Positions 1 to 10,952 of a stretch of DNA of 64,000 nucleotides are shown here, in pieces. The DNA lies in the NCBI GenBank assembly GCA_030704615.1, contig CM060732.1, positions 59,582,001 through 59,646,000 of the forward strand, in the 5' to 3' direction. The position numbers and the translations under genes were made by a program. A model generated the notes under the pieces. The model did no database searches. It was given only the letters and a program-made list of their open reading frames with translations, and was not told where the DNA came from. Every line of letters begins with the position of its first letter. Position 1 is the first letter of the stretch. The stretch comes from Takakia lepidozioides. Taxonomy: Eukaryota; Plantae; Bryophyta.

Positions 1-129
1 AACCTTGTCTCGGAATGCGGCCCCTCGTCTTTGCGCAATAACTGCCAACGGTATGCAGTCAGAAAGTGGGGGGCCGTCCGGATGATGACGGCTGAAGGGG
101 ATAAGCCGGCACCGTGCCGTCACATTACT

Positions 130-790
130 ACCCCCGAATGGAAATTCGGCACCCAACATCCAACAGAGGAAGCCCGGATGAAGTCGCCTCGGGCGCAGAG
201 GCCGGAGTGTGTGCGACAGATAACATCTTCTGGATGGAGATTCGGCGCCGAATTTCCATCCGGTCCCCCCAAAGGGAGTCGTGTCGGGGGGTCAGGCCGA
301 AAACTGGACGGCATAAAAACATCCCCAGATGGAAAAACGGCGCCGAATTTCCATCCGGGGCGATTCGGATGCAGTCGGGGAGGGGGGAGTGGCCTGCAGT
401 TGGCTGTCACATTTCAACCCCCGGACGGAAATTCGGCAACGAATATCGAACAGGGGACGCCCGGATGAAGTCGCCTGGGGCACAGAGGCCGGCCAGTGTG
501 CGACAGAGAACATCCCCTGGACGGCCATTCGGCGCCGAATTTCCATCCGGGCCCCCCCAAAGGAAGTGTTGTCGGCGTGTCAGAGCGAAAACTGGCCGAC
601 ATAAAAACCTCCACAGATGAGAAAACGGCGCCGAATTTCAATTCGGGGCCGTTCCAATGAAGTCGGGGAGGGGGGAGAGGTCGGAACCTGGCAGTCATAT
701 TTCAACCCCCGGGACGGAAATTCGGCACCGAATATCCAACAGAGCGGCGGAGAGGCGGCACCTCTCCGACAGAGACCATCCCCCGGATGG
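130..790. repeat. Degenerate ~290-bp tandem units carrying GGAAATTCGGCGCCGAATTTCC-type palindromes
   Basis: The block cccggatgaagtcgcct..cagaggccgg recurs at ~160 and ~450. Each unit has several exact or variant palindromes. Confidence 0.85.
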
Positions 791-1395
791 AGATTCGGCG
801 CCGAATTTCCATCCAGCAGGTAAGTCGGATCGGTGCCATATGGATATTCGGCGCCGAATTTCCATCCTGCAGGTAATTCGAATCGTGGATGAATGGAAAT
901 TCGGCGCCGAATTTCCATCCAGCAGGTAAGTCGGATCGGTGCCATATGGATATTCGGCGCCGAATTTCCATCCTGCAGGTAATTCGAATCGTGGATGAAT
1001 GGAAATTCGGCGCCGAATTTCCATCCAGCAGGTAAGTCGGATCGGTGCCATATGGATATTCGGCGCCGAATTTCCATCCTGCAGGTAATTCGAATCGTGG
1101 ATGAATGGAAATTCGGCGCCGAATTTCCATCCAGCAGGTAAGTCGGATCGGTGCCATATGGATATTCGGCGCCGAATTTCCATCCTGCAGGTAATTCGAA
1201 TCGTGGATGAATGGAAATTCGGCGCCGAATTTCCATCCAGCAGGTAAGTCGGATCGGTGCCATATGGATATTCGGCGCCGAATTTCCATCCTGCAGGTAA
1301 TTCGAATCGTGGATGAATGGAAATTCGGCGCCGAATTTCCATCCAGCAGGTAAGTCGGATCGGTGCCGTATGGATATTCGGCGCCGGATTTCCAC
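786..1395. repeat. Near-perfect 106-bp tandem array (~5.7 copies), two 22-bp palindromes per unit spaced 53 bp apart
   Basis: taagtcggatcgg starts at 821, 927, 1033, 1139, 1245 and 1351. GGCGCC cores at 797, 850, 903 and onward. Confidence 0.97.
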
Positions 1396-1778
1396 TCGCC
1401 ATTTATTTCTGAGCGAGGAATTACCTTCGTGCAGGTAATTCCCATATAAGAATTACCTTCGTGCAGGTAATTCGCATACAAGAATTACCTTTGTGCAGGT
1501 AATTTCCAGATGACAATTACCTTCCTGCAGGTAATTCCAATCGATGTTTATTCCTCGTCCAGAATTACCTGCACAAAGGTAATTCTCATCTGGAAATTAC
1601 CTGCATGAAGGTAATTCTTGTATGTGAATTACCTGCACGAAGGTAATTCTTATATGGGAATTACCTGCACGGAGGTAATTCCTCGCTCAGAAATAAATGG
1701 CGAATCGAAATTCGGCGCCGAATATCCATATGGCACCGATCCGACTTACCTGCAGGATGGAAATTCGGCGCCGAATTA
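1325..1778. repeat. Large inverted repeat where the array changes orientation; core of 8 AATTACCT-N6-AGGTAATT motifs
   Basis: cgccatttatttctgagcgaggaattacc (~1397-1425) is mirrored by ggtaattcctcgctcagaaataaatggcg (~1674-1702). Motif starts at 1419, 1451, 1483, 1515, then 1563, 1595, 1627, 1659. Confidence 0.95.
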
Positions 1779-1814
1779 CCTGCTTGAAGGAAATTTGGCG
1801 AACCGCCCTACCTG

Positions 1815-2290
1815 CGCGGATGGAAATTCGGCGCCGGATTTCCATCCGCGCGCATCCGAATTACCTGCTTGAAGGAAATTTGGCGCACCGCCCTACCTGC
1901 GCGGATGGAAATTCGGCGCCGGATTTCCATCCGGGCGCATCCGAATTACCTGCGCGGATGGAAATTCGGCGCCGGATTTCCATCCGCGCGCATCCGAATT
2001 ACCTGCTTGAAGGAAATTTGGCGCACCGCCCTACCTGCGCGGATGGAAATTCGGCGCCGGATTTCCATCCGGGCGCATCCGAATTACCTGCGCGGATGGA
2101 AATTCGGCGCCGGATTTCCATCCGCGCGCATCCGAATTACCTGCTTGAAGGAAATTTGGCGCACCGCCCTACCTGCGCGGATGGAAATTCGGCGCCGGAT
2201 TTCCATCCGGGCGCATCCGAATTACCTGCGCGGATGGAAATTCGGCGCCGGATTTCCATCCGCGCGCTTCCGAATTACCTGCGTGAGGGA
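1815..2290. repeat. 138-bp tandem array (~3.5 copies) of the same palindrome family, opposite orientation
   Basis: gaaggaaatttggcgcaccgcc at 1871, 2009 and 2147. Cores at 1830, 1882, 1915 and 1968 (spacings 52/33/53). Confidence 0.95.
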
Positions 2291-2509
2291 AATTCCGGGA
2301 CTGTTTTCGTCTATTTTCTTCCGACATGGAGGGCTTCATCCGACATTTAATTGCGCAGTTGGGCAATAAATGTCGACGGCCGTCGCTTATTATTCGGGCT
2401 GGCGACGCATGGCTTCCTGGACACGTACCCTAAATCTCATGCTATACTTGGCTTAACATGGTATTCCAGGCATGTACCCCAAAAAAGGAGATCTTTTTGG
2501 CTGGGACTT

Positions 2510-5500
2510 ATGCCGCCTGAAGGGCGTGGCTCTCCTGAGAGAGACCTCAGATCCAGACCGCGGCGGAAGTTGAAAGCTCTGTACTACGGACGACGGCCAA
2601 TCTCTCGCATGGCCAAACTGAAGCTCCAGCAGGAGATTCCAGTGTCTTGCTCACAACCTGCGCCAACTGAAGCCGAGTACTCTCAGGCAAGCCACTTCTG
2701 CTTTCGGTTTGTTCGATTTCTTTTTTGCTTTCGCTTCGTTACCTCGCTTTGTTTCTGCATCTTCATCCTGGCTTTGCTTTATGAGTGAACTTTAGATAGT
2801 TGACTGAACCTTAGATTGTTTGCAATGCGTGTGCAAATCCGGCAGCTCTGGAGAAGGCTGCTTGTGCATGTCATTCTTAGGCAATGGTTGCATTTGTTTT
2901 CATTGTTGTTGCATGGCTCTCCATACTTCCTAAACTTGTTATGTTTTCATTTTTGCTACATGATTGCTGCTATGGTGGTTGCGCTGCTGCTTTTTGCACC
3001 ACTGTTGGTGTTCACGATTTTTGTCAATCACAGAGTGACGACGAGCCCGGCACGCTGGTGGTATCATCGACAGCTCCAACTCATCGCATGTTTGAATCGC
3101 CCAACTTGGGGCGAGAGGGCAAACTTAAATCTTTTGTTGGTGGACGGGAGGACTTGCAACGAGATTACGATAGAGTAGGCATTGGGGAGGTTGGTGCAGG
3201 CGGCATGGCAGGTGAAGGGCGTGAGGACATGAGGACAGCAGATCCGGCAATGGAGGTTGTTCATGCACATGCAGTAGGGCCCGCCCACGCAAAGAAAAAG
3301 AAGAAAGCTAAGCACATGCAATCCCCGGCGAGAGAGCAGTCACGGGCTGCGGAGGGGGGAGTGAGCAGTGCGCGCGAGGGTGTCAGTTCGCCTCAATCAA
3401 AGGTGGTCGTCCTGGAGGGCTCCCCTGTTGCTAGCCCTAGTAAGAAACAGAAAGCCCGTGAGAGGGCAAAAGAGAGGGCAAAAGAACAGACGAGACAGAA
3501 TGCTAGCAAGGAGGAAAGACAAAAGGCAGCTGAAGAGGCCCGGGGTGCCCAAATGACAGATGCCAATGTAAGCGAGGGACACACAGAGACGGTGGATCCC
3601 TACAAGACACCACAGAGAGGCAGTAGCACACCGGTTAGACCATCGCGGGCAAGTGCAGCCCCCGCAATTACCCATACGGTGGAGAGTGGAGGAGAGGAAA
3701 GAACACCTGAAAGAGCACCGATTGTGCAAGTTCGAGGTGAAGCCAGGGAGAGGGCAGTAGAGACGACGAGAGTGCTGGAGGTGGTTTCGCAGGTGGCTGA
3801 CCCTGTTGAGGAGGACGACATGGATGTTTCTGACCAGGATGACATTCTCCCGGACATCCCCAGGCCCCAAACCCGGAGCATACAGGCTGGATTTGGCGGT
3901 CTTGGTGGGCTGCCGGAAAACCCCTCTGCAGCAGACGTCATGTCTGAGGCGGATATGAAGTTGGCCGCTGCCAAGATGTTGGAGGCAACCCACAGCAACA
4001 TTGGCAGGGTGCTGGGGGGCATGGTGTACCCGGCCAAGCTTCGAATTCCCCTTTGCCGCTTGGTGTCATTGCAGGTGGTGAGACCTGCCCTCCCAGGCGA
4101 TATCGACAAGCTGAAATTCTCTTTCCGGGATGGATATCGAATGGGGTCTGCCGCCTTTTACGTTTCCATTGAGAACGACCACGGAGCTTCCCGTGCCCAC
4201 ACTTCCGATGAGGTGGACAAATGGGGTCCCCATTGGCAAACGCGAAATGAGGAGTTCGAGAGATCGATTGCTAGTGATCCTCTTTTCCAGCACATGTCCG
4301 GTAAGATGTTCTACGTGTGGGACGGCAATCATCGCCTCCTGGCATGGATGGAGCACATTGCCCAAGCCCACCCCAACGATCTCGATTGGCATTTCGCCGT
4401 CGATTGTGTTGTGCTGAAGGTTGCGGGGCCCAAAGATCGCAGTCTTCTCAAAGCTGCAATGGCCGACATCAACTCGTAAGCTACAACCCCTCTCGCTTTT
4501 GGACTTTGAATTTGGAAGTCATTTCATTGCGAATCCTCATATATGATGAAAATTCCCATTTCAGTATTGTTTGATGGAAATGTGGCACTGCAGGGTGACT
4601 GAGAATGCCTTCATTGCCACCAACTTGTCCCATATGCTCTTCCGAGTGAAGGATGTCGGGAGGCAGGGGGTGGAAGAGTTTGCCAATTCCCTCAGTGCCG
4701 ACCTCCTGCGCAAGTCGGAGGCAAAGGCAGACAGAACCTGGTATAGGCTGAGCGTCGACGCCATGGTGGACTACATATTTCGGGTAAAGCTCCTGCAGTT
4801 TTGTTGAGCTAATTTGTCTCTCCTCCCCCAATAGAAGAAATTGTGTTGAGCAGGATCTCTAATCTTATGTGCTGCTTTTCGACAGACGAAAATACAGCAG
4901 GATTTGGCACATGCGCGGAGGTTCTACATGGAGTCAGAGGAGAAGAATCCAACCCTCCCGGAACTCGAATCGTATGTCAAAGCTGCGGAGGTGAGGGCCC
5001 GCATAAAGTACAAGTCGCGGATGGTAAAGTACGTGGCCATAGCTGATCCCGCCCTTGGTGCCGACTTTCTGGTGGAGGTGGGAAAGCACTACTCTCGCGC
5101 TCTGAAGCCCACGATGACATTGGAGAAGCTCCATCGTCTAGCCACATCCTGTGTGGATGCAACAGAAAAGGTGATACATTCTTAACCAAATTGTGGTGGC
5201 AACAACTCCTTTTTGTGGTGTTTGGCGCTTACGAATATGCTGGGTGGTTGGACAGACCCGGTGGCTCCAAATCTGGAATGGTTCCCAAAGTACCAGGGAC
5301 ATGTGGAGCTTCCCCAAACCGGACAAACTCTCTGACCCCACATTCGACATGTGGATGAACCGCATGACATGGTGGTTTCAGGTACTTCCCCACGCTTCGT
5401 TTGGGGCTTGTACTCTAGTAGGGGGTTGATTCATTGTATTTTTTGAGGAAAGCGATCTGATGGACAATCTCCACAGGTGACGACGAATGCGCAAGAGCAG

Positions 5501-8500
5501 CTGGACACACAAGCACATCAGTTCAAGATGGAGATATCTCCTGCAGCAGAGAGCCTGCGTGACTATGTGACGAGGTACTTTCTGCTCTACAAAACCAACC
5601 TATTCTTTCGGGAGATAGCAGATGCTCGCCGGAGCCACGAGTTCACCGACCAGCCGAACGCGGACAAAGCAGCAATGCGCCTTCTGTACAGGTACATACG
5701 CGCTGCCTTTCTTTCAAGTCCTGGCATTTCAGGATGTTAGAGGCCTAAGTGGTGTTAGGGAAAATGGCGCCGAATTTCCAGTCAGGGCTCCGAAAATGGC
5801 AAAGTCCCTAGACTGGCTGGCCCGGAACTGGAAATTCGGCGCCATTTTCCAGTTCCAGGCCCTATTGCCGTTCAGGGACTTAGCCATTTTCGGGCTAAGT
5901 CCCTAGTGTGGCTGGCCCGGAACTGGAAATTCGGCGCCGTTTTCCAGTTCTAGGCCCTATTGCCGTCCAGGGACTTAGCCATTTTCGGGCTAAGTCCCTA
6001 GACTGGCTGGCCATGAAGTGGAAATTCGGCGCCATATTCCAGTTCCAGGCCCTATTGCCGTCCAGGGACTTAGCCATTTTCGGTCTAAGTCCCTAGGGTG
6101 GCTGGCCCGGAACTGGAAATTCGGCGCCGTATTCCAGTTCTAGGCCCTATTGCCGTCCAGGGACTTAGCCATTTTCCGGCTAAGTCCCTAGACTGGCTGG
6201 CCCTGAAGTGGAAATTCGGCGCCATATTCCAGTTCCAGGCCCTATTGCCGTCCAGGGACTTAGCCATTTTAGGTCTAAGTCCCTAGGGTGGCTGGCCCGG
6301 AACTGGAAATTCGGCGCCGTATTCCAGTTCTAGGCCCTATTGCCGTCCAGGGACTTAGCCATTTTCGGGCCAAGTCCCTAGACTGGCTGGCCCTGAAGTG
6401 GAAATTCGGCGCCATATTCCAGTTCCAGGCCCTATTGCCGTCCAGGGACTTAGCCATTTTCGGTCTAAGTCCCTAGGGTGGCTGGCCCGGAACTGGAAAT
6501 TCGGCGCCGTATTCCAGTTCTAGGCCCTATTGCCGTCCAGGGACTTAGCCATTTTTTGTGTAAGTCCCTAGGGTGGCTGGCCCGGAAGTGGAAATTCGGC
6601 GCCGTTTTCCAGTTCCAGGCCGTATTGCCGTCCAGGGACTTAGCCATTTTCGGGCTAAGTCCCTACACTGGGTGGCCCTGAAGTGGAAATTCGGCGCCAT
6701 ATTCCAGTTGTAGGCCCTATTGCCGTTCAGGGAGTTAGCCATTTTCGGACCTCATTGGGTTTTTCATGAATGCAGGTACTGTAAGTTCTCGCTTTTGGAG
6801 AAAGGTCATCTGTCTTTCGAGCCACCATTCTTCCTGGCATGGAGGAACCCTGGGGCTGACTCCATGTACACTGACGATATTGTGAAGGAGTGGCATCTGG
6901 AACATTTGCGTGATTGCCCTTGGTATGTGGACCTTCCGCCCGGCTCGCTCGACCCATCCGAGTTTCAATTGAAGCTGGATGCTGAATTCCGACGAAACCG
7001 GGCTCCGCTGCCTCCGTTGGGTGCAAAAGAGGCAAAAGCGCTTGCGAACTCCAGGAAAGCGGCAGAGCTTGCTCAGGCAGGAATTCAAGAGAAATTGCAT
7101 GAGAAGAGTAAAGGTCAAAGGAAAAGGACAAGGAAACAGGTGACTGCAGTAACACCCAAAAAGAAGAAAACCATCGGGGCATCGGAGGAGGCGCAGGAGG
7201 GGACCCAAGAGAGTGACTCCGACGCCGATTTTGTTCAAGGTCCTGCGACTGCTGTTGCTCCTACCCAGTCACCGGTCGTCCGGGTTCCCAAGTCAGTTCG
7301 GAGTGGGACTGGCTCTGCCAAGAAGTTGGCATTTGAGGGCGAGCCTACACGGCGGTATTCGGCGGTGACGTTTACGCACAGGCCAAAGCTAGAACCTCCA
7401 ACCATCATCCAATGCGTCAATGAGAGCTTCCTTGACGCTCTCGCTGCCAGGGCGAAGAAGGTGGCACACAACAAGTCTCTGGCGGAGCAGAAGGGAAAAG
7501 CCAAGAAGAGGGCTGCCGGTACAGAGCCTAAAGACACCCCTGGTTTTGAAGCCATGATGGAATTCTTCACGGCTGTGAGCACGAATTGCAAGAGCACTCG
7601 GGGGGGGGTTGAGGTGGAGAGAGCTTGCGACATGATTCTCCTCGACATTCCAGATGGGGAGCTGCTGGAGGGCCTGGATGGTGTGCCCACCTGGAACAGG
7701 TTTACTGAGGACTACTGGAAAGCCGGGTTTGGGCTGGCGGGGATGCTTCTGGATGACGGTGGATGTGTGGTTGTCCTTGCCACGAGAGGGAAGACCACAG
7801 AGAATGCGGTGGCAAGGTGGACACCGAAAAGTGTCACCCCGGTCCTCCTCAGAAAATGGTTCTGCATCAGTACGCAGGGGTTGCGAACAGAGGGCCAAAG
7901 TGTAAGTTATCAATCTATTGCATTCACTTCATATTGTGGTGTATGTTAAGTAGACCCTGGAATTGATCCCTTCTTTGTTGGATGTGCAGACATTGGTGTT
8001 TGAGGCATATTGCTTTGTGAAGAGAGGGTCTACGTTCAAATTCCGCAACGACGGTCGTCTTGTTGATGCCGCTGTGGACCCTGTAACCTACGATGTCCTC
8101 TACAACTATGTGCCCCACTCTAGTATGCCGAAGGACACAAAGACAGGCAAACCGTGGCGGTACAGCCGGACCCGAAGCCCTGCTTTCATCCAAACCCTCA
8201 TGGAGACGTGCTCGGATGTCCAAGGGCGGATTCTGGACCTCACATGCGGCACGGGTAAGCCTTCACGTGCTCAGTTTGTCCCCTGGCCCCATTGCAATTG
8301 CATGCCGCAAGCTATTAACCGCCCGCTTTGTTCCTCAGGTGCTTCAATGTGGGCAGGGACGTTGTCCGACAGGCATGTGTTCGCCTTCGAGCCAGATACT
8401 GCCCTCCACAACTCGGAACTTGCAGCGGCTGAACGTCTGCCGAAAGAGGAAGAGGCATCCTCGGAGGATGAGGAAAAATCCGAGAAGGAGCAGGGGGAGG

Positions 8501-8541
8501 AAGTTGGGATCGAGGCCGAGGAGCCCCCGGTTTACGAGTGA
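2510..8541 (+). CDS. ParB/Srx-like domain fused to a beta-class N4C/N6A DNA methyltransferase-like domain; 9 exons, ~1342 aa
   Basis: Hand-built exons: 2510-2686 (GC donor, least certain), 3034-4475, 4594-4783, 4886-5170, 5256-5381, 5477-5691, 6776-7901, 7990-8254, 8339-8541. Phases are compatible, 4029 nt, no internal stop. ParB GxxRxxA motif in YVWDGNHRLLAW. MTase motif IV-like DMILLDIPDG and motif VI-like LLDDGGCVVV. The spliced SAM-binding segment reads RILDLTCGTGASMWAGTLSDRHVFAFEPD. Confidence 0.8.
5760..6750. repeat. Intronic tandem array in intron 6 (5692-6775): 95-bp subunits in a 190-bp higher-order repeat, ~10.5 subunits
   Basis: GGCGCC cores at 5838, 5933, 6028 ... 6693. Each subunit has AACTGGAAATTCGGCGCC..TTCCAGTT plus the hairpin AGGGACTTAGCC-attttcg-GGCTAAGTCCCT. 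Confidence 0.97.
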
Positions 8542-8737
8542 GTGGTGGCATTGTAAGTTGCCTCCAGATTTTGTGAGGCACCTCCCTCCGCTCTCTTATT
8601 TCATTGAAAACCCTTTCTGGTTGTGCTGGTATTGACATTCTTCAAGTGGATTTGTTCTTACTGTAGGATGCCAAGTACTGCCGGAGGGACGTCTACACCG
8701 GAGTTCATGGGCAGGAGGAACGTGCCTTTTTTGCCAG

Positions 8738-9125
8738 GGGAGATTTCATGCCTAGTCCAGAAAGGGAGTACATCCTGCCTACTTATGCTGCCCGGCTTGC
8801 TTCGGTGTCCATTAGGAGGTGTTCCGAACGTAGTCGTGTACAGCAGATTTTAGACGAGGCAAGCCTCAAGAAAATGAAGATGAGGGAGGAGGCAGCAGCT
8901 ATTAGAGCCCGTCGGGCTCGTAGATTTGTGTTGGATTCTGCTGAGGAAAGTGGGGGAGAAGACGCAGAAGATTCCCAGGAGGTGAGGTGGACAGTCCCCC
9001 AAGGAGAGGACGGGATTTTTGAGAGGCATAGTGGAACTGATGCATCACAGAGCTCGGAGGATGAGGGGGATGAGGGGGATGAGGAAGAAGGTGGGGCAAG
9101 TTCCTCGGAGGGTGTAGGAGAGTAG
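8738..9125 (+). CDS. Possible 10th exon (acidic tail) of the ParB-MTase gene, or a separate small ORF 8748-9125
   Basis: A GTGAGT donor at 8538 overlaps the stop codon. The acceptor ttttttgccAG at 8737 joins in frame to ORF 8748-9125 (LPTY...RARRFVLDSAEES...). Confidence 0.4.
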
Positions 9126-9240
9126 TGCCCATTCCGGCTATGACAGTTAGAACACACTTGTATAGACGTGGCTTGCCACAAAATTTGCAATAAAATGTTG
9201 CATTTTAAGTCCACTGGTGCCACATTCCAACTTCACATGA

Positions 9241-9346
9241 CCCTATTTCCGTGCCTCCTAACCCTATTTCCGTGGACTCACAATGGTCTGCTCATGCTTT
9301 TTTTTTTCCGCTCATGCTCATGCCGCTCATGCTCATGCCGCTCATG
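9241..9346. repeat. Short repeats (ccctatttccgtg x2, then a (cc)gctcatg cluster); candidate DNA-transposon subterminal region
   Basis: Directly visible. A similar ccgctcac/ccgctcatg cluster lies at 50390-50450 beside the paralogue. Confidence 0.5.
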
Positions 9347-10452
9347 AAATAGCAGCCCCCGGTAAAGAATTGGATTCCAAAGGATATTTTGTGGATCAAA
9401 CTCACACCAAGAACACCTTTCCAGACTTGTTTGCCATATGGTTATATGGTAACGGAGACTTCTAGTATAGCCAAGGGTGCATTGAAGCTTGAAAGAAACC
9501 CAGGCATATACGAGAGTTATTACAGAAGAGAGTTTGCTTATTGCCACATTAAAATAAATGAAAGACATGGGACATGAGTGATGAAAGAGAAGCTAGACTC
9601 CAGAGATATCAGCAAAAAGAGAAAGCTATCTGAAAGCTAATTATCATATCTTTGGGAGAGAGGAATAGACATAGGGGAATCATCTGGACCTCTCACACCA
9701 GTAAGATCAGGGAGTACATCACCCATACCGGAAGAACTAGAGTTGGATGTCACTCCTTCTTTTTCTTTGCAAGAAAGATTAAGGGAATTGGTACGGGAAG
9801 AAGATCAATCACGAGGTGAAAGATCTGAGGTACATCCCTGGATAAAAGATTTGACAGAAATCTTTGATAAGAGTGGCATGGAATACCAAAAGCATGAACT
9901 CCAGCTTCTGAAGTGGGAGGCTGAGGAAGGAGGGGAGGATGTGTGGCAGAGCCAACGGAGAGTTTCAGACTCTCCAACACCATTGCAGTTGAGTTACATG
10001 AGTGAAGAAGAAACCCAAGGGCGAACTTGGAGGATGAAAATAGAGAGAAGAAATTGGAAGAGGAAGAGTATGATGAGAAGTAGACCCAACAGCTGAGGTT
10101 GAGACTACAACCAGGACATCCCAACCCGTTGGACCTGGATCAAGTGGAGCACTTGGATCACAGGCCAACGAAGGTGTCGGCTCAGGGGGATCAGGCGGGC
10201 TGCCTGGATCTGGCTCTGGGGGGACAGGGAGTGTGGGAAGTAGTGTGCAACTGGAGCTGGGAATACTGTGAATATCGTGGGGCCAGCAGCAGGAAAGTGC
10301 TCAAGGGCCACCACTGGTGGAAGATCCACCACAACAACAACAGGTCCTGAAGGACCAGCACCAGCAAGGGTGCCAGCACCTGTCAGTGGGCAGAAGGTAG
10401 GGCCACAGATGGCGTTACAACCAACACAGGCAAAAACCACTTTCCAATATAT

Positions 10453-10952
10453 NNNNNNNNNNNNNNNNNNNNNNNNNNNNNNNNNNNNNNNNNNNNNNNN
10501 NNNNNNNNNNNNNNNNNNNNNNNNNNNNNNNNNNNNNNNNNNNNNNNNNNNNNNNNNNNNNNNNNNNNNNNNNNNNNNNNNNNNNNNNNNNNNNNNNNNN
10601 NNNNNNNNNNNNNNNNNNNNNNNNNNNNNNNNNNNNNNNNNNNNNNNNNNNNNNNNNNNNNNNNNNNNNNNNNNNNNNNNNNNNNNNNNNNNNNNNNNNN
10701 NNNNNNNNNNNNNNNNNNNNNNNNNNNNNNNNNNNNNNNNNNNNNNNNNNNNNNNNNNNNNNNNNNNNNNNNNNNNNNNNNNNNNNNNNNNNNNNNNNNN
10801 NNNNNNNNNNNNNNNNNNNNNNNNNNNNNNNNNNNNNNNNNNNNNNNNNNNNNNNNNNNNNNNNNNNNNNNNNNNNNNNNNNNNNNNNNNNNNNNNNNNN
10901 NNNNNNNNNNNNNNNNNNNNNNNNNNNNNNNNNNNNNNNNNNNNNNNNNNNN
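10453..10952. other. Scaffold gap (500 N)
   Basis: N run. About 25 bp (aggcaaaa..ccac..tttccaatatat) is repeated on both sides, suggesting overlapping contig ends. Confidence 0.99.

Noticed and set aside
786-1395. CRISPR-like look (palindromic repeats with ~31-bp spacers)
   Set aside because: The spacers are two alternating identical sequences and not unique. There are no cas genes, and the context is eukaryotic.
31-2369. Long overlapping ORFs with MEIRRRISI / WKFGAEFP peptides
   Set aside because: The same peptides appear on both strands and in all frames because they are translations of the palindromic tandem repeat.
3397-4392. Antisense ORFs over exon 2
   Set aside because: Shadow ORFs of GC-rich coding sequence with no recognisable motifs.
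5895-6742. Series of 60-67 aa ORFs at 190-bp period
   Set aside because: These are by-products of the intronic array. The flanking exons splice across it in phase.
2510-8541. Bacterial or phage contamination as the source of the ParB-MTase
   Set aside because: The gene has spliceosomal introns whose positions are conserved in the paralogue, and it is contiguous with plant retrotransposon sequence.
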